From a virus (taxonomy: Duplodnaviria; Caudoviricetes), in IMG/VR virus record IMGVR_UViG_3300020419_001132: a stretch of DNA of 64,000 nt; one strand, 5' to 3'. The stretch's first letter is position 1. The number at the start of each line of letters is the position of its first letter. The notes under the pieces are model-generated. The model was not told the DNA's origin. It ran no database searches and was given only the letters and a program-made list of their open reading frames with translations. Made by a program: the position numbers and the translations under genes. This document shows positions 17,934 through 27,420 of the stretch, one piece after another.

Positions 17934-18139
17934 TTGCTTATCATCACTAAAATTGCAGTAAAGAAAAGTGCAAAGAACACAACCGTATAGTCTTTTTTTG
18001 GTTCTATTTTACAAGCCTCCTCAAACTCACTGTAATCTAAAGGCATATAATCTCTGTTCCATGCATCTCTTCTTGTATCTTTCTTACGTTGATCGACTTT
18101 GATAGATCCTGGGTCTACTTTATAATCTTCCTTTTTCAT
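17930..18139 (-). CDS. Small protein with a C-terminal TM helix
   Basis: Hydrophobic C-terminus. Confidence 0.5.
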   Translation of the reverse strand: MKKEDYKVDPGSIKVDQRKKDTRRDAWNRDYMPLDYSEFEEACKIEPKKDYTVVFFALFFTAILVMISK

Positions 18140-18534
18140 CTATCATTTCCTTTCATTGCAAAATACAATCCACCAACCCATAGCATAACATGAAAGTTAT
18201 CATAAAGGATAACATCCATAAAGCTCTCAGGTTGTCCTACCCAAATCACTCCAGTCATAATACATCCAATAGTAAATCCACTGAACTTAGTTATTAAATT
18301 TCCTACCCAGGGCCATAATCTTTTCCAAAGTGCAGAAATTCCTCCGATTAGCAGGCCAAACCCTGCTCCTAGTTCACCTAATATTACAAATACCCAAACT
18401 ATATAAGGCAATTCGAAACTTTGTGCATCTTCAATTGAGATAGGTAGTTTAATAAGTCCTTGTTGAATAAACACTATTGCAAGAGGTACTCTTAGCAACC
18501 AACCAGGTAAGTGTTCGTTTATTTTCTGTATCAT
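18136..18534 (-). CDS. DoxX-family membrane protein
   Basis: WLLRVPLAIVFIQQGLIKLP...ELGAGFGLLIGG. Confidence 0.7.
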   Translation of the reverse strand: MIQKINEHLPGWLLRVPLAIVFIQQGLIKLPISIEDAQSFELPYIVWVFVILGELGAGFGLLIGGISALWKRLWPWVGNLITKFSGFTIGCIMTGVIWVGQPESFMDVILYDNFHVMLWVGGLYFAMKGNDR

Positions 18535-18713
18535 TTTCTTTTTATATGATCCTTTAGTGCTAACTTTTGTTTCTTTAATTTTACTAGATGTTCTTTAGTT
18601 TCCCAACTTCTATCGTAATTTCTTTCTGCTTCTACTTGCTCTACTTTCTTATGAAAGTAATCAAACATATTTTGCATCTTTTTAGCCTTCTTGGTGGCTC
18701 TTCCAGTACTCAT
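18531..18713 (-). CDS. Small coiled-coil protein (YdcH/DUF465-like)
   Basis: HKKVEQVE...LKKQKLALKD pattern. Confidence 0.5.
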   Translation of the reverse strand: MSTGRATKKAKKMQNMFDYFHKKVEQVEAERNYDRSWETKEHLVKLKKQKLALKDHIKRK

Positions 18714-20173
18714 TATATCTCCTCAAACAAATTATTGAACTGCGAACTTGCATTTACAGTTCTCTTTCCAGTAGCACCTCTTGTTCCAATAATCGACATC
18801 CAAAACTTTGAAAACTCTTCTATCACAAGATTTGCTTCATCTCTGCTACTTGTAGCAAAAATAGCTTCAACGACATCTTTGAAGTATACTCTATCAAATC
18901 GTTCGTCTACTAACATAGCAGGAATAGTATTATTGTCGTATTTTCTATTTGCTTCTTGTACTGCATTAATGTGCATCCATACATTGTGTCCCATCATTAT
19001 TGCATAAGAAAAACTATCCCAACTAGTTTTACCTTCTTTTCCTATTTTATTTAGGTCTCCTGGACCATATATACAAATGTCTTTAGCCATTAATTCTGCA
19101 GTAATAGGAGAGTCTAAGAAACTTGTATGTTTTCCTTCTCTAACAAATGCAGTACCAAACGGCGTAGTATCTGTAGATAAACTTTTGTCATCTATACTAG
19201 GAACCATTCTGTATACCCATTTAGATCTATCTTGGGTTTCTAGTTCGCAATATATTTGTCCATTCGCTGTTGCTAAAAACGGACTAGCACAGTCAAATGT
19301 TACAGTAAAGTTTTCGTTATGATACTTACGAACTGCTCTTTGTATATCAGTAAGTAGTGTAGCCCATTCTAGTTTGCTTGTGCCTAAAAAGTGCATTACA
19401 TCATGTATACCTTTTTCTAGTAATCCGTCAAATCTTAGTGCAACTAGTCGTTTCAAAACAAGATGCACATCACACATATTCTGTCCACCCATTGACCATC
19501 CATTAAAGTGATCATTAGGATATTTTTTAGGATCACAATAGTCTTTCATCTGATTATACCAGTCATCTGCATCAGCATGATTTTCGCCTTGTAAAACATT
19601 TAGGAATTTACAAGCACCAGATCTATTTTTCATCCAATAATCGTTATTGATACGTGTGGCATTTACTGCATCTTGGTAGTTGTCAATACCAGTAGCTTTT
19701 GCACCCTCGGGTGAACGTGAAACCCAAGCCGGAATATCTAATATCATTCCATAGTCCATGTAAGCATCCATCCATCGTAGAACACCATCACGTTTCTTTT
19801 GTGCTTTAGGACAATTAGGATCTTTCCAATCGCCTTCCCAAACACCTTTACCTATTTGAAATCCACCAGAGTCTCCTAATATCCAACTGTTATTTCTATC
19901 TCTGTTCCGAATCATATCTTCTTTAGGAGAATCTTTGTTAATATCTAGCTCAGCATGACCTGCAGAATACAAAGTCCATTTGTACTGAAATTGACCCTGT
20001 GTTGGATTAATGTAATTAAGACCTTCTACACCATTTTTTAAGTTACTAGGTATTCTTGACGTTTCAACATATTCATCAAAACGTTGTTTTCCAACATATG
20101 TAGCATAAAATCCGCTTAAAGCTGGAAGAAATCTAGCATAATCTTTTTGTTGTGCAGTTAAGTCTGTAATCAT
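18713..20173 (-). CDS. dpdA: TGT-fold 7-deazaguanine DNA transglycosylase (DpdA/DpdA2-like)
   Basis: DSGGFQ, LDIP, VLQG, GWSMGG, HFLG, TFDCASP; lacks the C-terminal Zn-binding CxCxxC of tRNA TGTs. Confidence 0.8.
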   Translation of the reverse strand: MITDLTAQQKDYARFLPALSGFYATYVGKQRFDEYVETSRIPSNLKNGVEGLNYINPTQGQFQYKWTLYSAGHAELDINKDSPKEDMIRNRDRNNSWILGDSGGFQIGKGVWEGDWKDPNCPKAQKKRDGVLRWMDAYMDYGMILDIPAWVSRSPEGAKATGIDNYQDAVNATRINNDYWMKNRSGACKFLNVLQGENHADADDWYNQMKDYCDPKKYPNDHFNGWSMGGQNMCDVHLVLKRLVALRFDGLLEKGIHDVMHFLGTSKLEWATLLTDIQRAVRKYHNENFTVTFDCASPFLATANGQIYCELETQDRSKWVYRMVPSIDDKSLSTDTTPFGTAFVREGKHTSFLDSPITAELMAKDICIYGPGDLNKIGKEGKTSWDSFSYAIMMGHNVWMHINAVQEANRKYDNNTIPAMLVDERFDRVYFKDVVEAIFATSSRDEANLVIEEFSKFWMSIIGTRGATGKRTVNASSQFNNLFEEI

Positions 20174-20430
20174 GAATCAGCTCTCCACCTATACACTTCT
20201 GGGATACAAAAATTTCTGCCCCATTTACAAGTATTATCTTCTTTGCATACACGTTCGTGTTTACTGTTTTCCCAACAATCACCTGTTAGTCCTCGCATCT
20301 TTACAAGTTTCGCAAATCCATCATCTATTGATAGCATAATAATAGAAGGAAAAATTAAGCCCATGGTTACAATCCAAAAGAATGCCCAACCAAAGCCTTT
20401 ATTATGATATGGTTGATTTGGATCACTCAT
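20170..20430 (-). CDS. Small membrane protein with a Cys-containing tail
   Basis: TM helix followed by four Cys. Confidence 0.5.
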   Translation of the reverse strand: MSDPNQPYHNKGFGWAFFWIVTMGLIFPSIIMLSIDDGFAKLVKMRGLTGDCWENSKHERVCKEDNTCKWGRNFCIPEVYRWRADS

Positions 20431-21158
20431 TATTTGCTCTGAGCTGGTAGTATATAGTCGTATTTTACCATACCACTATCTACTGAAATTTGCATAGCAC
20501 CTTGATCACTCAAACTCATAGTTAAATTACCGTCTAAGTTAAGTATAGATTGAACTTGTGCGACAGGCCAACTCCAAGTATGTGCTAGTGTACCTTCTAT
20601 TCCGTGATGGAAAACAAATTCACCTGCATGTGTGCTTTGATCACCGAACGCAAAAACAAGATTACCATCTTTTGTACTAACATTAAAGTTAGGCTCTTCT
20701 GAATGTGCCGCACTCATTAGTTTCATTCTTGCAATACTTGCCACACTTGGGGCAAATGTAACTTGCCACTGGGCACCTTTAAATTTTACTGTTTTAAGTT
20801 TTTCGTCAATGATTGCTTTGTTCATAAAACGATAATCATTTTGGAAATCACCAGCCGCATTTTCAAAATGAATATGTGTAGGAACAGTTTCTCCATTTCT
20901 TTCTGCTTTTACAACTTCTATCTTTGCATCTTTTTGATATTCTGGATTCTTTAAATGCAATGCAAGTTTGTCTAAATTTGGCATACCAAAAGTATTTTGA
21001 AATTCGCCTACTGCTGACTGTGCTTCAGCAGATAGTATAACACTACGGTCTTCAGCCATAGAGTCAATCTGTGTTCCTTCTTCGTTTGTAACTTTTACCA
21101 AGCTCAAGAACCCTAAAGCATGAGTGTGTGCTACAATATCTTGTAAGATGTCTTTCAT
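20430..21158 (-). CDS. DNA polymerase sliding clamp (gp45-like)
   Basis: Size (242 aa), alternating beta/alpha pattern, C-terminal YDYILPAQ, replication context, sigma70 promoter. Confidence 0.65.
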   Translation of the reverse strand: MKDILQDIVAHTHALGFLSLVKVTNEEGTQIDSMAEDRSVILSAEAQSAVGEFQNTFGMPNLDKLALHLKNPEYQKDAKIEVVKAERNGETVPTHIHFENAAGDFQNDYRFMNKAIIDEKLKTVKFKGAQWQVTFAPSVASIARMKLMSAAHSEEPNFNVSTKDGNLVFAFGDQSTHAGEFVFHHGIEGTLAHTWSWPVAQVQSILNLDGNLTMSLSDQGAMQISVDSGMVKYDYILPAQSK

Positions 21159-21178
21159 ATTATTCTCCTATTGTTATT

Positions 21179-21207
21179 ATTATAGTATCTAAGTGGTTGA
21201 AAGTCAA
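21179..21207 (-). promoter_or_regulatory. sigma70-like promoter for the sliding clamp
   Basis: TTGACT-17-TATAAT. Confidence 0.75.
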
Positions 21208-21989
21208 GTGTTTTTCCTAACTTTATTGTTATATTCTACCGCTGATCTTATGATATTTAGATCGATGCCGGCATTGTCTGCTGATTTTAGGATAGCATTT
21301 GCATCCTTTGGAAAGCAATGACCACCAAAGCCTCTTTCTTCTGTGACCTTGGTATGACTATGTCCTATTCTAGGATCTTCGCCAATTTCTTGAGCTACTT
21401 TATCGAAGTCTATATTTAATTTTTTACACATATCAAATATCTGATTAAAAAAACTTACCTTAGTAGCTAAAAATGCATTGCGAAATACCTTTGCAATTAT
21501 TAATTCTTTAGGTTCGCTTATAATAATGTTTTTGCCACAGTTATTAAAAACTTCAGTCCAATACGGAATATCATCGCCACCAAGAGATATATCTTCACAA
21601 TCTAATAAATCTTTTGTTGCAGTTTTAGATCTCAAATACTCAGGACTAAAAGTTATGTTATGTTTAGGAAATTTTTCTTTTAAATTAAACCAACCATCAA
21701 TACTAATAGTGCTTTTTATAAGTACTGGAATGTTTTCTTTTGTTTGAGATAATACTTCAAAAATGTTTGACATATTACATGCACCATCATAGTCTTCAGG
21801 AGTGCTTACACAAACTATTACACTTTCTGAATTATAATCACTAATCCTACCTAAAAAAGTTTTCTGTTTGCCTAAAATTCTATAGTATTCTGGATCAACA
21901 ATTTGTGTCATGTAATCAAAATCGTTAAGTAATTTTTCGTGAGCTTGTCCTACAGACCCATATCCAGCAATTATAATGTATCCGGTCAT
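21204..21989 (-). CDS. UDP-glucose/GDP-mannose dehydrogenase-like protein lacking the C-terminal domain
   Basis: GYGSVG, VCVSTP, IKSTI, FSPEYLR, catalytic GFGGHCFPKD. Confidence 0.8.
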   Translation of the reverse strand: MTGYIIIAGYGSVGQAHEKLLNDFDYMTQIVDPEYYRILGKQKTFLGRISDYNSESVIVCVSTPEDYDGACNMSNIFEVLSQTKENIPVLIKSTISIDGWFNLKEKFPKHNITFSPEYLRSKTATKDLLDCEDISLGGDDIPYWTEVFNNCGKNIIISEPKELIIAKVFRNAFLATKVSFFNQIFDMCKKLNIDFDKVAQEIGEDPRIGHSHTKVTEERGFGGHCFPKDANAILKSADNAGIDLNIIRSAVEYNNKVRKNT

Positions 21990-22156
21990 TCAGTATCCTC
22001 TATGCAGACAAAGCCTACACCTGGTTCTGCCTCTTGTTCTTCTATGATAGCATTTTTCCAGCATTCGTATGAGCCTGTATAATAATTAATTGATTCTCCG
22101 GTTACAGTTCCGTTAGCAAGAATAGTAACCATTACAAGTATGTAACCATATATCAT
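21986..22156 (-). CDS. 56-aa exported/membrane peptide with a Cys pair (not in the ORF track)
   Basis: MIYGYILVMVTILANG...YECW...GFVCIEDTE; ATGA overlaps on both sides. Confidence 0.55.
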   Translation of the reverse strand: MIYGYILVMVTILANGTVTGESINYYTGSYECWKNAIIEEQEAEPGVGFVCIEDTE

Positions 22157-22557
22157 TCGCAAATCCTCTTTCTTAAATCAGTTGTACTAAATCTATGATC
22201 TCTTTTGTTAAAATATAATTCAATTCCTAAACGTCTACAAATATCTTTTCCAGTAAAGTCTTTATCTTTATATTCTTCACCTAATATACGTATATCTATT
22301 TGATACATTTCAAGTATGTCTTCTACATCTTTTTCTGTTGTGTAAGGAATAATTTCGTCAACATATTTTACACCTTTTAATTGGGTATAACGTTCTACAA
22401 TAGTTTGAATTGGCTTGTTCTTTTCTGGTCTGTCTATGGTAGGATCTAATTGTAGTCCTGCAACCAAATAATCGCATTTATTTTTTGACTCTCTAAGCAT
22501 TGCAATGTGGCCTGCATGTAGCAAATCAAATGCACTAAAGGTTATTCCAACTTTCAA
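22153..22557 (-). CDS. Cytidylyltransferase (TagD/glycerol-3-phosphate CTase-like)
   Basis: FSAFDLLHAGH (HxGH), YVDEII, RDHRFSTT; TTG start. Confidence 0.85.
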   Translation of the reverse strand: MKVGITFSAFDLLHAGHIAMLRESKNKCDYLVAGLQLDPTIDRPEKNKPIQTIVERYTQLKGVKYVDEIIPYTTEKDVEDILEMYQIDIRILGEEYKDKDFTGKDICRRLGIELYFNKRDHRFSTTDLRKRICE

Positions 22558-23279
22558 TTAGCTACTCCTGTTTTTTGTAGATTTTCTAAGATTTCTTTAG
22601 TCTCTCGCCAGTTCTTAACTTGTTTAGCAACTCCACCTCTTTCTTTGACTGCATAAGCTAAACTAAAATCGTTGCCATCAGGATCCATTCTATCTCCAAA
22701 GAAGAATAATTTTTCGTCGTCTTTAAAATGACTTACAATTTGTCTTTTATCTTTTCCTTTAGATATAATATCTATACCTGTTTCTCCGCCTACTACTGCA
22801 CTTACATCTGGAAATTTATTGTTTACTGCTTCAGCTATGTTTACACGTTCTTCACTTTGCATATCCCAATAATAGTAGTCTTTTCTTTGTACTTTATCAG
22901 CTTTTCTACCAACTACGGAAAAGTTTATCATACCTGGACGATGTTCTATGTGCTTACCTGTTTTAGTTTGGTATTCACTTCCTTGCAAATGGTTTTCTAA
23001 AAATGCCAATAGTTCAGCAGATGGTTTCCAGTTGTTTGTGTATACATTTTGTTGCTTTTCCCATATGTCATTACCATTACAGTTGTAACATTTGTTTACA
23101 CTTTTACATATTTCTATTCCTAGTTGCTCTACAGTTTTAGGATTATCACTACCTGTAACTAAAGACACAGGATTTTGTTGTGCAAAATACATAAACCATA
23201 ATGCAAATTCAGATTGTATTCTTTTACGGCTTGGAGTTAGTGTGCCGTCTACGTCAAATAAGAAATGATTCCTATTCAC
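22554..23279 (-). CDS. HAD-IIB phosphomannomutase-like protein
   Basis: FDVDGTLT, LVTGSD, IEHRPGMINFS, GGETGIDI, FFGDRMDPDGNDF. Confidence 0.8.
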   Translation of the reverse strand: MNRNHFLFDVDGTLTPSRKRIQSEFALWFMYFAQQNPVSLVTGSDNPKTVEQLGIEICKSVNKCYNCNGNDIWEKQQNVYTNNWKPSAELLAFLENHLQGSEYQTKTGKHIEHRPGMINFSVVGRKADKVQRKDYYYWDMQSEERVNIAEAVNNKFPDVSAVVGGETGIDIISKGKDKRQIVSHFKDDEKLFFFGDRMDPDGNDFSLAYAVKERGGVAKQVKNWRETKEILENLQKTGVAN

Positions 23280-23697
23280 TATTTTTCTCCTTTATATCTA
23301 GTTTTTCTAAACTTAATTTTTCCTTTGCACTCATTAAATAAGCGGCACCTGCAAGTACAAGAATTGCTCCTGCTTCTGCAATAAGCACCCAAGGATCAGC
23401 ATCCTTTGAATGTAATATAATTAATCTACATAATGCTGTCATAGCAATAATAATTGGTAATGTTACAGGTATTCTATTACTAATAAAGTATGCTCCTACC
23501 ATTCCAACTATTTCAGTGTAAATAAATAGCAAAAATAGATCAGCAAGTTGTATTTGTTTTGCAACCCACATATCCCATACTGAGGTTCCTGCGGCAACAA
23601 CAGTTAAACAACCTATAAATGCTAACATACCTTTTTCTGTTAAGGTAGTTGTCCAATGCAATCTTTTATTAACTTCCATATTACTCTCCAAAGTCAA
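23272..23697 (-). CDS. psiE: PsiE-family phosphate-starvation-inducible membrane protein
   Basis: DLFLLFIYTEIVGMVGAY...IPVTLPIIIAMTALCRLII. Confidence 0.75.
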   Translation of the reverse strand: MTLESNMEVNKRLHWTTTLTEKGMLAFIGCLTVVAAGTSVWDMWVAKQIQLADLFLLFIYTEIVGMVGAYFISNRIPVTLPIIIAMTALCRLIILHSKDADPWVLIAEAGAILVLAGAAYLMSAKEKLSLEKLDIKEKNSE

Positions 23698-26350
23698 ACA
23701 AGCTACTAAATGTGTTTTGTTGTTTAGTATCTTCTAAATTATAGTTTAGCACACCAATAAGATTGTCAAGTTTATTGTCAATAATAGTTTCTTCCATAGC
23801 ATCATTATCAAATGGAAGTTCTTTAAACCAATCTGGTATACGTAATTCATCTGTAGGATATGCAACACTAGTATAACCAAGTGGGTTATTTTTAAGTTTA
23901 CATACAATAACTTTCATTCCGTCAACTATTTCCTGCGAATACTTGTCTCCGTTCATACGTTTTAGTGTATTCCAGTTAATACTTGCTCTAACATGTCCGG
24001 GCATATTTGCCTTTCCTTGTTTTTCTTCTAGCCTTCTATAGTGTCCAACTTTATTAGCACGTTTGGGAGAGCCTTTCTCCCAACCGGGACGTTCTTTAAA
24101 GTCTCGCCTAAATTCTGTAATACGTTCTAGTACTTGCTCCTGTGGAATATCTGTAAGCACCATTAGTAATAGCTCACTTAAAAACTGTTGCATGAATACT
24201 GGCGTATCGGATCTTCGTAAGTCTAAGCCCATTGCTTTTACTTTACCTGGCTTACCGTCTACGTCACTTCTAAAGCCTTCAATATCATATACTAGTGCCG
24301 CATAACGTTTTTTAGTAATATAAAGTCCGCTTTCTGCTACAATTTCTCTACCTGCGGCAATAACATCTGATCTGCTTTTAGGACAATGAAATGCAGTTAA
24401 CATAAACTTTTCAAATGTTGTATTTGCTTCTTCTGCAACTTGGTCGTATAGGGTAATAACGTTATCTTTTGACCAAGGAATATTACCAGCCTCGATATCT
24501 TTTTTAAGTGTAGGATAAGCACTAAAATAAACAGAATCTGTATCACCATATATAACTGCTTGGCCTACATGATCATATGTTCCTGTTATTACCTTGTTTA
24601 CCTCAGCACTCATATGCTTAACAATAGTCCTGCCAGACAATGTTGTTGACTGACCAATACGTTTATCAAAGAATCTACAACCAGGATTAAGTATAGCACC
24701 ATATAAACTGTTTAAGTTAATCTTTTTAACAAGTTGTCTTTTGTCCCAATATTCAGTTTCTATTGCATTGCCGGCATCTTTTGCTTTTTTAAGTTGGGCT
24801 TGTAACTCTTTACGTTCTGCATACCAACGTGCAAGGATTCCAGGTATAACACCTTCAAACTCAGTTGTAAAAATAGTTCCATTAGAACTAAGCATCCAAG
24901 GCATGTTGCTGTCAAATACTAGCTTGTAGATTTCAGCACCACTCATTACTTGACTTTCTTGGTTTTCAAAGTCAACTGTAATGGCAATGTCTTTTCTCTT
25001 TGCCATGACTGCTTCGTATTCTTCTGAGCCGAACTTTCCTTCCCATGCTCCTGCAAAAGACTTCTTTTGCAGTACCATTGCATCATGTAGCATTGCTTCT
25101 GTATGCTCAGCACGTAGTTGTCCAACAATAGTTTCTGGAGCCATATTCAATGCACGAATTACACTAGGATACAGACTGTTTAAGTCCATTGACCCAATCC
25201 ATTTATGCAAACCTTTTTTAGGAAATGCTACATAGGCACCTGCGGCCGCAGTATTTTCGTCATCACGTTTTGGTCTGTTAGGAACTTGTAGTCCTCTATG
25301 ATGAGCTTCGTTGATAATTGCTTGTTCTGTAACTGCTACTGCACCCATAGTGGTTTGAAGCAAAACAGTATTTGCATGTGCTAGTTCGTTACTTAGATCA
25401 ATAAATCTTAGTTTTTTGTCCAGCTTGTCCAGTAATGCGGTATCTTGTATGTTGTATTCAATGAACTTTCTAAAGTCATTGTTGTACAGTTGATCCAAAG
25501 TTCCTTCATACGGAACCTTATTCTCTCCAACTTCGAGCTCGCCAATTGCATCAAGTCTATAAGTGTGTCTTTCTTCATATGTATATTTACGATATAATTC
25601 TAAACTATCTAAATGTACCCTGCCTACTAGGTCATAGGTTACAGCTGATTTGCCGTACTTTTCATATTCACGTTTTTTAGGAAGTTGTTTCCATAAGCAA
25701 AATCTTCTTGTGTCATCTTTGCTTAGTACCCTACTAGTTCTATTTACTGTATAAGGTATATCATAACCTTCACTGTTCCAGCCTGATAATATATCAGCAT
25801 CTTCGATTAATGTTAAGAAAGTGTCGATCATTTCACCTTCTTTTTCAAACAACATTACATTTTCAATGCCTTCAAGTTCTTTCTTTGCTTGATCCATTGT
25901 AAGTGTTTTAGGAGGAACGGCTAAACATATCATTGTTTCCATCCACTGTAAGTAAACACTTATACTTGTAATTGGCATAAACGGATCTGCAGGATCAGCA
26001 AATCCTCGTTCTGGGTCATAATCTGTCTCAATGTCAAAAAATGCAATGTTTAGTTTAGGTGCATCTTGATTGAGATAGTTTTCGCTTAGACATTGGAATA
26101 TAGGATTTATGTCGCTTTCAAAAAGTTCTTTGCCTTTGTTGATAGCAACTTCTTTACGAAAGTCCTTTGTGTTTTTAGAAACAATCCTCGTTAAAGGATC
26201 ACCATATATACTTTTATGTTTACCTTTTAGATCTTTGTAATAGAATGTATATTTTACGGGATATTCGTGAAATCTTCGTTTGCCGTCTACTCTTTCGACG
26301 ACCTTTATTATATCTTGATCACGGTCAAAGACCGCATCTACGTAACTCAT
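23681..26350 (-). CDS. Family B DNA polymerase (gp43-like)
   Basis: Exo I DIETD, Exo II WNSEGYD, Exo III YNIQD; Pol DLNSLYPS, KINLNSLYG, YGDTDS; no intein evident. Confidence 0.95.
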   Translation of the reverse strand: MSYVDAVFDRDQDIIKVVERVDGKRRFHEYPVKYTFYYKDLKGKHKSIYGDPLTRIVSKNTKDFRKEVAINKGKELFESDINPIFQCLSENYLNQDAPKLNIAFFDIETDYDPERGFADPADPFMPITSISVYLQWMETMICLAVPPKTLTMDQAKKELEGIENVMLFEKEGEMIDTFLTLIEDADILSGWNSEGYDIPYTVNRTSRVLSKDDTRRFCLWKQLPKKREYEKYGKSAVTYDLVGRVHLDSLELYRKYTYEERHTYRLDAIGELEVGENKVPYEGTLDQLYNNDFRKFIEYNIQDTALLDKLDKKLRFIDLSNELAHANTVLLQTTMGAVAVTEQAIINEAHHRGLQVPNRPKRDDENTAAAGAYVAFPKKGLHKWIGSMDLNSLYPSVIRALNMAPETIVGQLRAEHTEAMLHDAMVLQKKSFAGAWEGKFGSEEYEAVMAKRKDIAITVDFENQESQVMSGAEIYKLVFDSNMPWMLSSNGTIFTTEFEGVIPGILARWYAERKELQAQLKKAKDAGNAIETEYWDKRQLVKKINLNSLYGAILNPGCRFFDKRIGQSTTLSGRTIVKHMSAEVNKVITGTYDHVGQAVIYGDTDSVYFSAYPTLKKDIEAGNIPWSKDNVITLYDQVAEEANTTFEKFMLTAFHCPKSRSDVIAAGREIVAESGLYITKKRYAALVYDIEGFRSDVDGKPGKVKAMGLDLRRSDTPVFMQQFLSELLLMVLTDIPQEQVLERITEFRRDFKERPGWEKGSPKRANKVGHYRRLEEKQGKANMPGHVRASINWNTLKRMNGDKYSQEIVDGMKVIVCKLKNNPLGYTSVAYPTDELRIPDWFKELPFDNDAMEETIIDNKLDNLIGVLNYNLEDTKQQNTFSSLFDFGE

Positions 26351-26426
26351 TTTCTCTCCTCGTTGCTTATGGCCAACGTACCTTCTACATGCCCGCCAAT
26401 CGGCCTAGGGCGTTTGTTGTATTTAA

Positions 26427-26687
26427 CTACTTGTCTTTACCAACGGTAGCAACAAGAACTTCTAAATCTTCAAATTCATCTGCAACTCTACTCCAGTCGC
26501 CTTTTTGTGCAACTTTTATAGCTTTGTTAATCAATGCAGGTTTGATCTCTAACTCTTCTGCAATTGATTTTACTGTGTCTCTTAAACCTTCTTGTAGGTC
26601 TTCTACTTCTTGTAAAACATTGACACCTTCGTTTACAAGTCTTTCAAGTTTTGCCTTTTCTTCTGCACCGTATACACGACTGCTCAT
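26427..26687 (-). CDS. DsbA/GapR-like small dsDNA-binding protein
   Basis: 86-aa helical pattern (LRDTVKSIAEELEIKPALINKAI) resembling T4 DsbA. Confidence 0.5.
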   Translation of the reverse strand: MSSRVYGAEEKAKLERLVNEGVNVLQEVEDLQEGLRDTVKSIAEELEIKPALINKAIKVAQKGDWSRVADEFEDLEVLVATVGKDK

Positions 26688-26710
26688 ATTGATCTCCTAA
26701 TGTTTAACTA

Positions 26711-26739
26711 AGTATACTATAAGTTTGCCTGTTTGTCAA
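26711..26739 (-). promoter_or_regulatory. sigma70-like promoter for dsbA-like/polB
   Basis: TTGACA-17-TATACT. Confidence 0.75.
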
Positions 26740-26941
26740 GCATTTTTTTATATGCTTCTTCAAAACCATCCAAAGTGCCGTTAAATTCTACACTTTCCCC
26801 TTGTAACCTGCACCACATTCGTTTGAAATAGCCGTTGTAACAACTGTAAATGGTATCCATAGATGAATTCAAATGACCCTTTACAATCCAGAACATTTGA
26901 CAAGCCTCCTTATGTGAGGGGTTGTCCTCGCCGTCCGCCAT
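26717..26941 (-). CDS. Hypothetical protein
   Basis: Start abuts the upstream stop. Confidence 0.5.
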   Translation of the reverse strand: MADGEDNPSHKEACQMFWIVKGHLNSSMDTIYSCYNGYFKRMWCRLQGESVEFNGTLDGFEEAYKKMLDKQANL

Positions 26942-27412
26942 TTATTTGAAATTTCTAAGTGAGTGGTATAATTGGTCCTTAACAGACTCTTCTTTTGGTT
27001 GTTCTTTGGGCCTTTGCCCTTTTAGTATTCTATTCATAGATACTAAACTACTTCTAAATCTAGGTTCAGTAAGTAGCTTTGTTATTAATCCTACATAAGG
27101 ACTGAGTGCATTTCTTTCATTTGGAGTTAATGTTTCTCCTGCTACTGCTTTTTGTAAGCCTCTAGCTACTAGTATATTTGGGTCATCGGAATCTAAGTCT
27201 GATTTAAGTGCTGAAATAGCGGCCGACAATCTATTGGTATCAATGTCATCTTCGCCTACAAGTTTGTCTTTCAAAGGATGTGGTTGTGAACCGTTTTTAC
27301 TTGGTGTAGAAGTTTTTGGTGTTGGATCTTTGCCTTTTGCCTGTCCAGGAGAGCCCATCTTTTGCTTTTCATTTACACCTGCTAGTGTTCGTATTTCATC
27401 AAATATACTCAT
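26942..27412 (-). CDS. Putative internal head protein (MSIFDEIRTLAGVNE)
   Basis: LAGVNE motif shared with 30442..30663; late promoter 5 nt upstream. Confidence 0.55.
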   Translation of the reverse strand: MSIFDEIRTLAGVNEKQKMGSPGQAKGKDPTPKTSTPSKNGSQPHPLKDKLVGEDDIDTNRLSAAISALKSDLDSDDPNILVARGLQKAVAGETLTPNERNALSPYVGLITKLLTEPRFRSSLVSMNRILKGQRPKEQPKEESVKDQLYHSLRNFK

Positions 27413-27420
27413 AATAATAT

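Noticed and set aside
18713-20173. Calling this a tRNA-guanine transglycosylase for queuosine tRNA modification
   Set aside because: It lacks the Zn-binding tRNA-recognition Cys cluster, has large insertions, and sits beside the replication clamp; a DNA-acting DpdA fits better, although this is not proven
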